From NCBI RefSeq assembly GCF_006345805.1, contig NC_043015.1, positions 17,546,001 to 17,610,000 of the forward strand: 64,000 nt of DNA. The letters are read 5' to 3'. The notes below the pieces were generated by a model, which saw nothing but the letters and a program-made list of their open reading frames with translations, made no database searches and was not told the origin of the DNA. Position 1 is the first letter of the stretch. Every line of letters starts with the position of its first letter. The position numbers and the translations under genes are program-made. Source of the DNA: Octopus sinensis. Its lineage: Eukaryota. Shown one piece after another: positions 26,665 through 40,017 of the stretch.

Positions 26665-27157
26665 ATATGTATAGAAATTAATATAAATTACAAAATGGAA
26701 CAAGAAGACAACAGTGTTAACATGGCAGCGGTCAAGCCGAAAGACCAGTTTGAGCGGCAGTTTTTTCAAAGGCATTTTTTCAAAATACGCCAGCCAAGAT
26801 AAGTTAAAAATTGTCTGAAGTCGTAAGACACTCGCTGTTTTGTCCTGTTATTACTATTCTTGTTTTTTATTTCTATTTTTTGTTTCTTGTATTTATATTC
26901 ATGTGGCATCCTGTCCTTGTTTCATATACATTCGATCCTCTTTCCAAGAAATCTAATGCTCGTAGCTTAGTTTTTCTTTGGGGCTGGCCGTATCGGAGCG
27001 ATATCAGGATTAATCAGCCGAAATTGCAAAGATGATCCGGTTCCCGACTGAAGATTAGAGGCTTCGAATGACCCGCCTGTTTTTTTGTGTCGTCTCTTTG
27101 TGTGTTGTTGCGTCCTTGTCCCATTTTGTAATTTATATTTAATTTCTATACATATAT
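26663..27157 (+). mobile_element. Non-autonomous pLTR-like element with a ~45-bp terminal inverted copy of its 3' end
   Basis: atagaaattaatataaattacaaaatggaacaag (26671) vs cttgtcccattttgtaatttatatttaatttctat (27115). Confidence 0.6.
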
Positions 27158-27411
27158 TATTGCGGCGTAACGTACCCCTATCTCCTATGTATACATATAC
27201 ATATACATATATAGGGAAAGAAAAGATGTATTCCCACGCAGGGAAAAAATACAGCCATCTGAATGTGGCTAGGGACAGGGCGGGATAGTGGGGGTGTTAC
27301 TGATGCATTTAGCCCCAGGCGATCATCAACGTCACCAGAAGGGCTGACACCATCTCGGTGTCCTTGCCAGCCTGCAAAGGGAGATCAGCCTCCCCGAAGA
27401 TACGGATACTA

Positions 27412-27454
27412 CATACGGACCGGTTTCGAGGTATTTGCCTCTTATCAACGCATG
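27412..27454 (-). ncRNA. Minimal type I hammerhead ribozyme (inverted copy)
   Basis: Reverse complement of 27856-27898. Confidence 0.88.
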
Positions 27455-27855
27455 GTAAGCACCGTTCTTCGTTGAGGGACTTCCTCTACAGGCTGGATAT
27501 ATATGGATTTTCACAGTACCTCGAAACCGGTCCGTATGTAGTATCCGTATCTTCGGGGAGGCTGATCTGCCTTTGCAGGCTGGCAAGGACACCGAGATGG
27601 TGTCAGCCCTTCTGGTGACGTTGATGATCGCCTGGGGCTTAATGCATCAGTAACACCCCCACTACCCCGCCCTGTCCCTAGCCACATTCAGATGGCTGAT
27701 CCCCCTTATGTTATAGAGCAGTTACTGTTTATATCTCGCTCAGAGATTTATTATTGTTGTCGAACGGTTTTTCTACATCAGTGACTGTGGTTACTGTGAA
27801 AATCCATATATATCCAGCCTGTAGAGGAAGTCCCTCAACGAAGAACGGTGCTTAC

Positions 27856-27898
27856 CATGCGTTGATAAGAGGCAAATACCTCGAAACCGGTCCGTATG
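27856..27898 (+). ncRNA. Minimal type I hammerhead ribozyme, U3:A8 covariant
   Basis: catgcg-TTGATAA-gagg(caaata)cctc-GAAA-ccgg-TC-cgtatg; all three stems pair. Confidence 0.9.
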
Positions 27899-28065
27899 TA
27901 GTATCCGTATCTTCGGGGAGGCTGATCTCCCTTTGCAGGCTGGCAAGGACACCGAGATGATGTCAGCCCTTCTGGTGACGTTGATGATCGCCTGGGCTAA
28001 ATGCATCAGTAACACCCCCACTACCCCGCCCTGTCCCTAGCCACATTCAGATGGCTGATCCCCCT

Positions 28066-28112
<47 letters not shown>

Positions 28113-28885
28113 ATATATATATAACAAGTGAATTTTAACAGAGTTTAAAATTACGAAATAGAAATCAAACAAACATATTTAAACGATCAAATGTTCACAT
28201 AGAATTAAATGAGTTTCACAGGGATAGATAATATCAAAACAAATGTTCGGTAAAAAATATAACAAATGTACATTCCTAAAAGTTCGGTCGTATTGAGTTT
28301 TTACAGAATACGTGGACAAGAGAGAAAAAAGAAAAGGGGAAGAGAGTAAAAAGAATTTTTTAATTTTTATTTTTACAGTTTCTGTCGTCGTACGTGTAGT
28401 TTTTTTTTTTTTTGTTGCGTACTGGGCTCTTTGCCTTTAACAGTGTTTTTCGGGAATCAGAAAATATCTTGTGTATATATATATATATATATATGATTTA
28501 ACGAGAAAGGATCTAATTTTAGATTCGTTATAATTTTGATGACATCTTATTCTTTCTCATGGCTATTTTTGTGGCTATTTTTGGTCAAAAATAGATTTTG
28601 TTTTGGCATTAGTGTTTTGGTTGATTGGTTGGTTGGTTCCCTGAACATAGGGACAGGTTTTGATTGGTAGAAGGTTTCGTGACGTCACTTTATTGTGATA
28701 AAGAACCTGTATTTGTTTCGGTCAAGTTTGGCGTTCTTTTTGGTTGACTTCCTTGTAGGGACTCGGTCATTAGGTTTTGCTTAACGGTCATCAACCGTTT
28801 TGTTTAGTTAATTCTCCTAAGGAGTCAGTTTGTTTTTGTTTATTTTTCTGAGGGTTCGGTTCTGATCGGAGGTAAAATTGGTCTA

Positions 28886-29665
28886 AAATATATGTATATA
28901 TACATACATATACATACATATATATATACATATATATACATACATATACATACATACATATATATACATAGATATATATATACACATACATACATATATA
29001 CATACAAATATATACATACATATATATATATATATATACATACACATATATATACACATACGTACATATATATATATATATATATATATATGTACGTATG
29101 TGTATATATATACATACATATATATACTTATATACATATATATATATATATTCATACATACATATATATATATATATGCATACATACTTACATATACATG
29201 CATACGTATATATACATACATACATACATATATATATAATAATATAATATATATATATATATACATACATACATATATATATATAGCCAGGTGGTGCTAT
29301 TAAGTTAGACATGGCCTGGGCCAATACTGGCCAAAACCTTTCTAAGTTATTCTAAGTTATTATACATACATATATATACATACATATATTTCTTTCTTTT
29401 CTTTTCTTTATAGATATATATATATATATATATATACATACATACATATATATATATACAAACATACATATATATATATATATTACATACATATATATAT
29501 ACATACATATGTATATACATACATATATATATATACATACATACATATATATATGTATGTATATACATACATATATATATATACATACATACATCTATAT
29601 ATATACATATATATATATACATACATATATTATACACATATATATATATATATACACATACATAT

Positions 29666-29702
<37 letters not shown>

Positions 29703-29986
29703 ATACATACTATATATATATAATACATATATATGTACATACATTATATACATACATAATATAATATATACAATATATATATAGATACATACAATACTAT
29801 ATAAACATACTACAAATACATATATAAACATACATATATATATATACATATATATATATACATACATATATACATACATATATATATACATACATACATA
29901 TATACATACATATATATATATATACTTACCTATATATATACATACATATATATATATAGACATACATATATATATACATACATATA

Positions 29987-30027
<41 letters not shown>

Positions 30028-30235
30028 ACATACATATATATATACATACATACATATATATATACATACATACATATGTATATACATACATAATACATAC
30101 CTACATTATATATATATACATATATAACAATACATATATATAATACATAATATTATATATATATCACATACTATATATATACATACATCCATATATATAC
30201 ATACTTACATATATATATATACATACTATATATTA

Positions 30236-30267
<32 letters not shown>

Positions 30268-30350
30268 CATTATATAATACATATATAATATACTACATAC
30301 ATATATATATATACATGCATATATATATATATACCTACATACATATATAT
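28886..30350. repeat. Compound (TA)n/(TACA)n microsatellite field
   Basis: Direct observation; short unique insert at ~29285-29360. Confidence 0.9.
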
Positions 30351-30748
30351 ACATCCTTTCCCCCCTCTTCCTCTCTCCCACTCTCTCCCCCCCCTCTCTC
30401 CCCCGCATCTCTCCTCTCTCCTCCCTCCCGCCCCCATATCTCTCCCTCCTCTCCCCTCTTCCTCCCTTCAACTCCTCTCTCTACACTACACCATACGACT
30501 TTACACATCACATCATATATACATACACACGTCCAGACCTCTCATACGCACTACATACTCTCTCATATACACACACACTCTTATGTTGGGGCGAGGTCAT
30601 TGAACCCTGTTATCTCCCCTAATTTCGCTCTTGCGTCTCACGTTTGATCTTTGACTTCTGGTCGAAATCAGATCGCCATGTTCATTCGCTAGCCTCTGCA
30701 TGCATTTTTTTTCTCTCCTTGTTTCTTTCTGTGTTTCTTTTCTGTGTA

Positions 30749-30786
30749 TCTTTCTGTTGAAGAGCGTAGGCTCGAAACGTAAAAGA
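30749..30786 (+). ncRNA. Minimal hammerhead variant in 5' pLTR (core CUGUUGA-A)
   Basis: tcttt-CTGTTGA-a-gagc(gtag)gctc-GAAA-cg-TA-aaaga. Confidence 0.7.
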
Positions 30787-31462
30787 CTTGTTTTATTTAT
30801 GTTCCTGAGCGCCATACTAATACAATTGTTTGTTTGTATTCCACCTGCCTTCGTCTTTTGTTTATTTTCATAAAGCTTCCCGTTATATATTACGCGCTCA
30901 CGTGGTCTCACTTTCATCCTATATTCTACCAACACCACTATCAACTCTTACCTCTATATTGGATTTTCTTTACCCCTTGGATACTTACCACTGGCCGCAC
31001 CTCTCTTTCACGGATCAAAGGGACTTTGTTATTGATGTGAAATCCTTAAAAATATACCACGACTCTATATTATCTAATCTAACCTTGAACTCTCAACTTG
31101 AACTTGTTCGTATAAACTGTCCCGTTCGTTTTATTTTACTTTCTCTTATATTATTCTTTTTTTACATTCATTTCATAATTTCCACATTTTTCTGCATTTT
31201 TTGTCCTCCTTTCAGTCGTTTCTTCCTTCTCTGGATGTCCATACTGTGTTTCCTCTGCCTGCACCCCCTTTTTTTGCCTCCCCCTCTCTCTCTGCTTCCT
31301 TTCTTTCTTTCCTTTTTCCATTTGCCCCATCTTTTCCGCCTTTATTTTCTGCCCCTACCGTTTTTTTATCTAGTTTTTTCATACGATTGTTTTTTTGTTG
31401 TTTTTTTTTCGAACGTTTGTTTTTTCTTCTTTTTTCTTCTCTTTTTTTTTCACTATTCCACC

Positions 31463-33811
31463 ATGCCGGACTACAAATCCTACCTCCTCACTATCCACCA
31501 CCGTTTGAAAGATCACCTCCGCCCACTCCCTCCAAACTCCCCAAGCCCTCCCCCTCAGACCTCCACAAGCCCTACCACCCCTCCTACTCCTACTCCCATT
31601 CTATCCACCCCTCATACTTCTATTCCACCCACCCCTTCTCCACTTCCGTCTGTTGTTACCATTCCCCCGATCTTCCCCTCTCTGAGGCGGAACGCTCCGT
31701 CCTTAGTAGGGGTCTGCGTTTCATCCCCCTCACTCCATCCTGTAAGGAATTCCAGACGCGAGCTGATGTCCACAGCTTTGTGCGCCGCGTCCGGTTGGGT
31801 GCGTTTTTCCGCGACTCACCACCCGCATCCAACGATGAGGACTGCTTCACTGACCATCCCCGTGGACGCCTACCCCCGTCCAGTTCCTAGCAGTGGATCT
31901 TTTCGCGGGCGCCTGTCAGCGTGCGTTGGAGCGGTTCAACTTCTCCAGGCGCCAACGCCGCCTCAACATCTCCCCGGCCGAGCTCTCGGCTCTTCGTTCC
32001 CTCCAACGGCGCGCTGACATTATCATCAAACCGGCTGACAAGGGTGGAGCTGTGGTGGTGTGGGGCGCGGACCTCTACAGGGCCGAGGCTCTCCGCCAAC
32101 TCAATGACACCTCCTTCTACTCCCCTGTCCTCTAACCCCACACGTAGCTACCAACAGACGGTATCCTCTACTGTCCACGACCTCATCTCGTCCTCCCGTC
32201 TCCCCCACACCGCATCCAACCTAATTGTGTGAACCCCACGCACCCCCACCATTTACTTCCTCCCCAAAATCCACAAAACCAACGACCCTGGCCGCCCCAT
32301 CGTCTACGCCTGTAACTGCCCCACGGAGCTCATCTCTAAATACCTCAACCGTGTCCTTGCCCCCCTAGTGGCGTCTCTTCCCTCCCACATCCACGATACC
32401 AACCATGCTCTCTGGCTTTTCAACTCTTCCTCCTTTCCTCCCGGCTCCTCCAAAATCCTTTTTACTATGGACATCCAGAGCCTCTATACCGTTATCCCTC
32501 ACCACGAAGGACTGCGGGCACTTCAACACTTTCTCGACCTCCGCCCCAACCCTGAACCTGACACCTCCACACTCATTCGTCTGGCCGAACTTGTCCTTAC
32601 TCTCAACTGCTTCTCGTTCACGGGCGAGTTCTACCATCAGTTCTCGGGAGTGGCCATGGGAACGCGAATGGGCCCCAACTATGCGAACCTGTTCGTTGGC
32701 TATGTTGAGCCCCTATTCTCTAATTTCAATGGTCCCACTCCTGAACTATACGGTCGTTACATTGACGACATTATCGGTGCCACCTCACTCTCCCGTGAAC
32801 ATCTAGATTCCTTCTCTCTTTCGTTCATCAATCCTTCCATCCAGCCCTCCCTTCACTTCCACTATCTCCAACACCTCTGTCTCCTTCCTCGACATTTCGG
32901 TCAGCATTCTCCACTCCACTCTTACCACCTCCATTCACTACAAACACACAGACTCACACTGATACCTCAACTTCTCTTCCTCCCACCCAAAACACACCAA
33001 GCTTTCCATCCCCTATTCCCAATTCCTCCGTCTACGTAGGCTCTGTAGTGACGACCATGACTTTGAGACTCAGTCTCAACGTATGGCTCACCACTTCATC
33101 CTACGTGGATACCCTCTCACCACTATCCACACCGCCCTTGCCAGAGTGCGTTCCGTAGACCGTGCATCTGCTCTCTCTCCCCGAACCCGCCCTGTAGTCT
33201 CCCGCCTCCCTTTTCCCCTCACTTACCACCCCACGACCCTACCTCTCCAACGCACCATTCTTCGAGCTTTCCGTCATCTCCAGTCCGACCCGTCCATTTC
33301 ACACCTCTTCCCTAACCGACCCCTCCCCTCCTTCAAACGAGCCCATAACCTACGAGACCTTTTGGTCCACAGCTCCTTCCCTGACCCTACCTCCCAACCT
33401 GGCTCTTTCCCCTGCTCCTGCCCACGTTGCCACACTTGCCCTTACCTCTCCAACACCACCCTCCTCACTAGCACCCATCATCGACCCTATCGCATCATCA
33501 ACTCCTTCACCTGCACCTCCATCAATATCATCTATTGCGTCTCTTGCTCTCTCTGCAATTCCCTGTCCATCGGACAAACGGGACGCCGCTTGGCTGACCG
33601 GTTCGCGGAACACCTCCGTGACATCCGCCTTGCCAACGACACACCGGTCTCACGCCATTTCCGCTCCACCGGTCACTCCTTGCAACACCTGTCTGTGTTC
33701 GGTTTGTCCTTGCACAGAGGCCATCCGGATTCCCGTTTGCGCCGTGAACAGGAATTAATCTTCTCTCTTCGCTCTTTTACGCCATTTGGTCTCCCCCCCC
33801 TCCTCATCTAA
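31463..33811 (+). pseudogene. Penelope RT/GIY-YIG ORF, disrupted
   Basis: ORF pieces 31893..32135, 32368..33039, 33083..33811; start is approximate. Confidence 0.85.
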
Positions 33812-34595
33812 CCCCCTCTCCCCTTCCTAATCTAACCTCCCCCCGACCCCTACTTCTCTTCAGTCCTTCATCCTTTCACCCCTACTCCCTTTCCCTCCTC
33901 TTCCCTCTTCCCCTTCCCTCTTTCTCTCTGCTCCCTCACTCCCCTTCTTTCTCCCTCTCCCCCTCTCCCCTCCTCTTCTCCTCTCCTTCCCTCACCCCTT
34001 CCCCCTCCTCTTCTCTTCTTTCCTTCTCCCCCTCCCTTCCCCTCCCCCTCATCTCATCTCCCCCTCTACCTTCCACCCTCATCTCATCTCATCTCACCCT
34101 CACCAACCCCTCCTTCTTTTCTTCTCCCCCTCTCACCCTCCTCACTCTCACCTTTCCCCTTCACCCTCCGCTTCTCCTCTTTCCTTTTCCCCTCCTCTTT
34201 CCTTTCCCCCACTTCCTCTCTCCCACTCTCTCCCCCTCCCCTCTCTCCCCCTCATCTCTCCTCTCCTCTCTCTCCCCCTCCTCCCCCTTATCTTCTCCCT
34301 CCTCCTCCCATCTCCCCCTCATCTCTTCTCTCTACACTACACCATACGACTTTACACATCACATCATATATCATACACACGTCCAGACCTCTCATATGCA
34401 CTACATACTCTCTCATACACACACACGCTCTTATGTTGGGCGAGGTCATTTAACCCTGTTATCTCCCCTAATTTCGCTCTTGCGTCTCACGTTTGATCTC
34501 TGACTTCTGGCCGAAATCAGATCGCCATGTTCATTCGCTAGCCTCTGCACGCATTTTTTTTCTCTCCTGTTTCTTTCTGTGTTTCTTTCTGTGTA

Positions 34596-34633
34596 TCTTT
34601 CTGTTGAAGAGCGTAGGCTCGAAACGTAAAAGA
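34596..34633 (+). ncRNA. Minimal hammerhead variant in 3' pLTR
   Basis: Identical to 30749-30786. Confidence 0.7.
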
Positions 34634-34969
34634 CTTGTTTTATTATATTCCTGAGCGCCATACTAATACAATTGTTTGTTTGTATTCCGCCTGCCTTCGT
34701 CTTTTGTTTATTTCATAAAGCTTCCCGTTATATGTATATATACATATATATATATATGCATATATATATATATATATATACATACATTATATATATATAT
34801 ACATATATATACATACATATATATACAGATACATATATATATATATACATACATATACATACCTATATATATACATACATATAATATATACATATATATA
34901 CATACATACATACCTATAATATACATACATTATATATATAACATATATATACATACATATATATATAAT

Positions 34970-35008
<39 letters not shown>

Positions 35009-35015
35009 ACATATA

Positions 35016-35049
<34 letters not shown>

Positions 35050-35239
35050 AATACATAATACATATATATACATACATATACATACATACATATATATATT
35101 TACATACATACATACACATACATACATTATAATACATACATCATACATATATATATACATACATACCACATATATATATACATACACATACATACATATA
35201 TATATACATATATATACATACATATATATATACATACAC

Positions 35240-35310
<71 letters not shown>

Positions 35311-35345
35311 CATATATATATATATACATACATATATATAAACAT

Positions 35346-36345
35346 CTAGATGACCACCCTTGATAGCTATGCAGATGACACAAAAGTCTCCCACGCAATA
35401 CAAAACCCTGAAAATATTGCGCATCTGCAACAGGTGTTGGACACAATATACAGGTGGGCTGAGGACAACAACATGCAGTTTAATGCAGGTAAGTTCCAGG
35501 CCCTGCGCTACTGGCACACAAAGGTAAACGACGTGCAGACTGGATACACTGGCCCAGGAAGAATTGCAATCCCTGAGTCAAAATCAGTGCGTGACCTGGG
35601 CATTGACATGAGCAATGATTCATCTTTCCAAGTGCATATTGCTAATCTGGTGATAAAATGCAGACGGCTAGCTGGATGGATTCTCCGAACTTTCAGAACA
35701 AGAGAGAAGGAGACACTGATGGTCCTATGGAAAACATTCGTCCTCAGCCGCTTGGACTACTGCTCCCAACTATGTTCACCACACGATATAAAACTAACAG
35801 CAATCCAGAGAAGCTACACAAAGAAAATCGTCTCAATGCAAAATATCAGCTACTGGGAAAGACTGAAGGTATTAAACCTCTTCTCCCTAGAGCGGAGGCG
35901 GGAGAGATATGCGGTGATATACATCTGGAAAATCCTGGAGGGTCTTGTCCCAAACTTTGGCATTCAAAGTTACCCCAACCGCAGAACGGGGCGCCACTGC
36001 ATGGTGCCAAAGATCCCAGCATCACCATCAAAATACAGGTCCAGATACTGCAACAGCTTGGGTTTCAGAGACCACAGCTCTTTAACATCCTAAACATCCT
36101 CCCTAAATGCCTGAGACTTACTGGTGTGGATGTGGGTTTCTTTAAAACTAAACTGGATCTCTTCTTGTCGGGAGTCCCAGATGAACCTACCTCACGACAG
36201 GAGACGCAGATGCGGGCAGCAGCATCGAACTCCCTTGCTGATCAAGTGCCACGTATCAGAGGTGGATTCACATATTAGTGTAGCTCATTCAGCGGTGGTG
36301 CCCCAGCATGGCCGCGGCCTTCGGGCTAAAACATTTTTAAGGATT
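35346..36345 (+). mobile_element. 5'-truncated CR1-group LINE (RT C-terminal half plus 3' tail)
   Basis: SYADDTK...[10 protein letters not shown]...RDLG...LDYCSQL...SYWERLKVLNLFSLERRRER; tail ggtgccccagcatggcc; related to 16265-17510. Confidence 0.92.
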
Positions 36346-36469
36346 TATATATACATACATATACATATATACATACATACATTATATATATATACATACA
36401 TACATATATATACATATATATATACATACCTATATATATATACATACATAAGAAGTATGTATAAGAAGT

Positions 36470-39400
36470 GACGTCAGCAACTGGTGTTTGAGAAGATGTA
36501 TGGTGTTGTTGTATAGTGATTTGGCGTTGGGGTTTCGAAACCCAGAGGGGAACCTGTTAGTAACGTTTTCAAATTATGTCTGTTGTATTTGGTTGTTGTT
36601 TTTTTGTTTTTGTTTTATTTTTTTTTTTTGGCGAGGGGTGGAAAAATCGAGTGTTTTCTTTGTTCTAGTGTGTTATTAAAGGATATTAGTTGCGGTTTAT
36701 ATTTTTTAATGAACATACTTTCCCTATTCAATCGGAATTGGGGTGAAGTGTTTCGGGTTTATGTCTGCGGGGCATTGATCTAGATGTTTACTTACGAAGA
36801 TTTTCCTGGCCGTGGGGTCCCGGATTTGTTGTCTATGTACTGTCAGTCACAAACAAGTTTGACCTATGCAGTCTCCATCACATACATCATATTTGAGGAC
36901 ATAAATTAAGTTCTTCGGTGAAGCGATTCTTTATGGTGAAAGTTTGACCTGGTTTAAATTTATGTATTGGGCTCTCTAAGAGGTAAATGCAAGTCCCATA
37001 GTTAGAGCGGTTGCATTTTTTGACTAGTGGGGTTGTATTTATGGTGGGTAATTTGGCGCCGGCAAGTAACCTTTTTAAGGATTGCGGTTGTCTCTTACTT
37101 TTAATAATTCTACGAGTTTTCAGTGCTTTTTTCACTCGCAAGTCGCTCATAAGATGGCGTATGTTCTGATGGATGATGTATGTTTCCATGTTCGGATTGC
37201 ATGCTGATACTTAAAACAAAGTTTTGATTAAACTATCCAGGTATTTTCTCTCTAGTGATGTGTTTTTAAGTTCTTAGAGTCGTTTTTCTTGGGTTTCGGG
37301 ATTTGATGTAATCGTGCAAATTCTTCGTGCCAAGTTGAAAGGTATATTGATTTTAGTATGGTTTGAGTAGCAGGAAGAGAATATTGTTTCGAGTCCGTTG
37401 GTTTAAAGTAGATGTCCGTTTCAATTTTAATATCTCTTTTTATGATTAAAATGTCCAGGAAGGGTAGCTGTTTGTGGCTGTATTCCATTGTAAATTGGAT
37501 ACTGTGGTTAATGCTGTTGATTAAGTTTTTAAATTCTAAGAGCTGCTCAAGATTAAGCGACCACAGAATGAAACAATCGTCCAGGTAGCGTCTCCAGTAG
37601 AGCAAGTATTTTTGGAGGTTATCTCCAAATTTCAGTCTAGCGTGCTCGTATACTTGGACTTCCAAGTATGCCATGACAAGGTTAACAAAAGCAGGGGCTA
37701 CCCTCGTTACCATCACAGCGCCCGATTTTTGTCTGTAGTTGTTCTCGTTGAAGTTGAAGAAGTTGTTCTGAAGGATGAATTTTAATCCTTCAATAATAAG
37801 TCCTTTTCCGATTCGGTTAGGAATGTCATTTGGGGAATTTTTCCAGCCAGAATTCTATGGCTTCTATGCCGTATTCGAGAGGAATCGAGGTGTAGAGGTT
37901 TATTACATCGAATGAAACCAGAAGGGACCCTTGCTGGTTTTGTTCGGGAGATAGTTTAAAAAGTCCAGGTCATCCCTTACGAAACTCGGTATATGCTGGA
38001 GAATAGATTTTAAGAGGACGTCAATAAAGTTACCGAGTCTGTGTTTCACAGGAAGGACCAGCCACAATTGGCCTCCTTTTGAGATCTCTTGGGTGTGGAA
38101 TATTTATGACTAAAGAATTTGATTTTCTACAGGCTTCGTTTATGGCTTCACTTTCGTGAATTTTGGGAAGTCCATAAAAGTTTCTGGTTTTGCAGTCAAA
38201 TCTAGTTAAGTAATTTCTCTCCTTTTCCGCTAAACCTTGTTTGAACAGATGGATAAGAGTAATAAGTTTTGCTATTGTCTTGCATTGACTGTAGTTGTTG
38301 ATTTTTTTGTAGTAGGTATTGTCTTGAAGGAGGATTAGGGTAGTGTTTATTTACTATTCTGAGTCCATGATTACTACAGCACTCCCTTTATCGGTTTCTT
38401 TTATAACTATATTATGTTTCTAATAACTTTTTACAGCAATAACAACAATAATTTACAGCAATGACAACAATAAGCTGACCAAGACCACAAAAATTAAGAT
38501 TTACCAGGCATGTGTACTTAGCACTCTAGTGTATGGAAGTGAAACTTGGACGCCATACACACGCCAAGAGCGTCGCCTAAATATTTTTCACCTGCGCTGC
38601 CTCCGGAAAATCCTTCGCATCAAATGGCAGAATCATGTCCCCAACAAAGATGTCCTCAAGCAAGGAGGAATACCAAGCATATTTTCACTCCTCACACAAA
38701 GACGTATGAGATGGCTTGGGCATGTTAGCCGTATGGAAGATGGCAGAATCCCCAAGGACATACTCTACGGAGAGCTTGCTAGGAGCACTAGGTCTGTGGG
38801 AAGACCGTTCTTACGATACAAGGATGTTTGCAAAAGGGACATGAAGGCCGGCAACATCAATATTAGCAACTGGGAAGCAGTTGCCAGCAACCGTGGCGAT
38901 TGGCGACGCACCGTAGAAGAGGGAACACAAAGGAGTGACCAAAAGAGAGAGGAGAAATGGAAAGACAATAAAAGACGTCAACAAGAAACTATGACATTAC
39001 AACCAGCCAGGCAAAGTCTTCGCTACATTTGCGGCACCTGCCAGAGGGAGTGTTTGTCCAGGATAGGACTACACATCCACAGCAGGAGATGTATTAGGAC
39101 ATGAAATGTAAAAACCGGACTAGATTATTTTATGCGCAACTCCATTGTCTCCCGAGACAAAAAGGATGCCAACAATATGATCCTCCTTGAGATCATTAAT
39201 GATTTCCCATTCTCCTCGGCTTGTATTTATTTGTTTTAAATTTTCGAGGTGGGAGTAAATTATTGGGATAATTGGATACGAAATCACAAAATTTTCCCAG
39301 AGTTTGATTTCTCTCTTTTGCCGGACAGCAGTTTATAACAAAGTATTGAGTGATCATTAGTTTCTTTATCAAATAGTTCTTCGGTGACTCAAAGTTTTCT

Positions 39401-39660
39401 TCAGAATTCCTGAATATCATTCTGTATCTCGTTTAAGTTTGATTTTTGTGTATTGGGGTAACGTTCAGTCCTTTTGGTAGAATTTTGATTTATTGGCTTG
39501 AAAAGGTTTTACGTGAGAGATTTATAATCTTCAGGATCTCACATTTGGTTGGTGCCATCGAGTGTCCCGATTTTATCCCAGTTTCTATATATAGATATTA
39601 TTAAAGCCGAGAAAAAATTCACGAACTGTTATCAGAGTTTCACATTACTGGACAGTTGTG
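36470..39660 (-). mobile_element. Degenerate Neptune-like Penelope element interrupted by an RTE insertion
   Basis: LPKGLNVTP (~39470), DKGSAVVIM (~38390), YGLPKIH, WRRYLDDC, LPFLD, KKCNRSNYGTC. Confidence 0.85.
38455..39176 (+). mobile_element. 5'-truncated RTE-clade LINE 3' end
   Basis: YGSETWT...FHLRCLRKIL.IKWQ...RWLGHVSRMEDGRIPKDILYGEL; C-terminal CxxC...HxxxC zinc finger. Confidence 0.92.
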
Positions 39661-39714
39661 ACCATATATATATATATACATATTATATATATATATATAT
39701 TATATATATATATG

Positions 39715-39750
<36 letters not shown>

Positions 39751-39755
39751 GAAGG

Positions 39756-39805
39756 AGCTTCTACAGGACTAGAACTGTTTCATTCAAGAGAATCTTCAGG
39801 AAGCT
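39756..39805 (-). ncRNA. Type I hammerhead ribozyme (inverted copy, 1-nt deletion)
   Basis: Reverse complement of 42589-42639. Confidence 0.7.
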
Positions 39806-39982
39806 AGTTAACAAGAATTGTATTGGCATTTACATTTAGGCAGGTTTAAAGGGGTGTTGGTGGGGGACTTTTTGGGGGTAGGCATAGCGCAAAAAATCAT
39901 ACTGGGGAGTGGTCAAGGAGTCAGTGTTAAATTAGATAGGAGAATAAATAAAAAATAAAAAAAAAAATAAAAAATAAAAAAT

Positions 39983-40017
<35 letters not shown>

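Larger units (their letters stand above)
27252..28070 (+). mobile_element. Non-coding retrozyme-like element: inverted partial copy plus ~1.5 tandem 360-bp HHR-containing monomers
   Basis: 27517-27711 is repeated at 27877-28070 (offset 360); 27252-27518 is the reverse complement of 27792-28058; HHRs on both strands; no credible ORF; (TA)n 3' flank. Confidence 0.8.
30355..34730 (+). mobile_element. Near full-length Neptune-like Penelope element with direct pseudo-LTRs
   Basis: pLTRs ~30480-30888 and ~34330-34730; LSRGLRFIP, IIIKPADKGG, PKIHK, MDIQSLYT, GVAMGTRMGPNYANLF, RYIDD, CSCPRCHTC, IYCVSC...IGQTGRRLADRFAEH; several frameshifts and stops. Confidence 0.95.

Noticed and set aside
27332-27618. 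Identical-start ORFs on both strands
   Set aside because: Consequence of the inverted repeat; no protein motif
30830-32017. 395-aa ORF, the longest in the track
   Set aside because: Low-complexity pyrimidine-rich PLE 5' region, mostly out of frame with the conserved RT motifs
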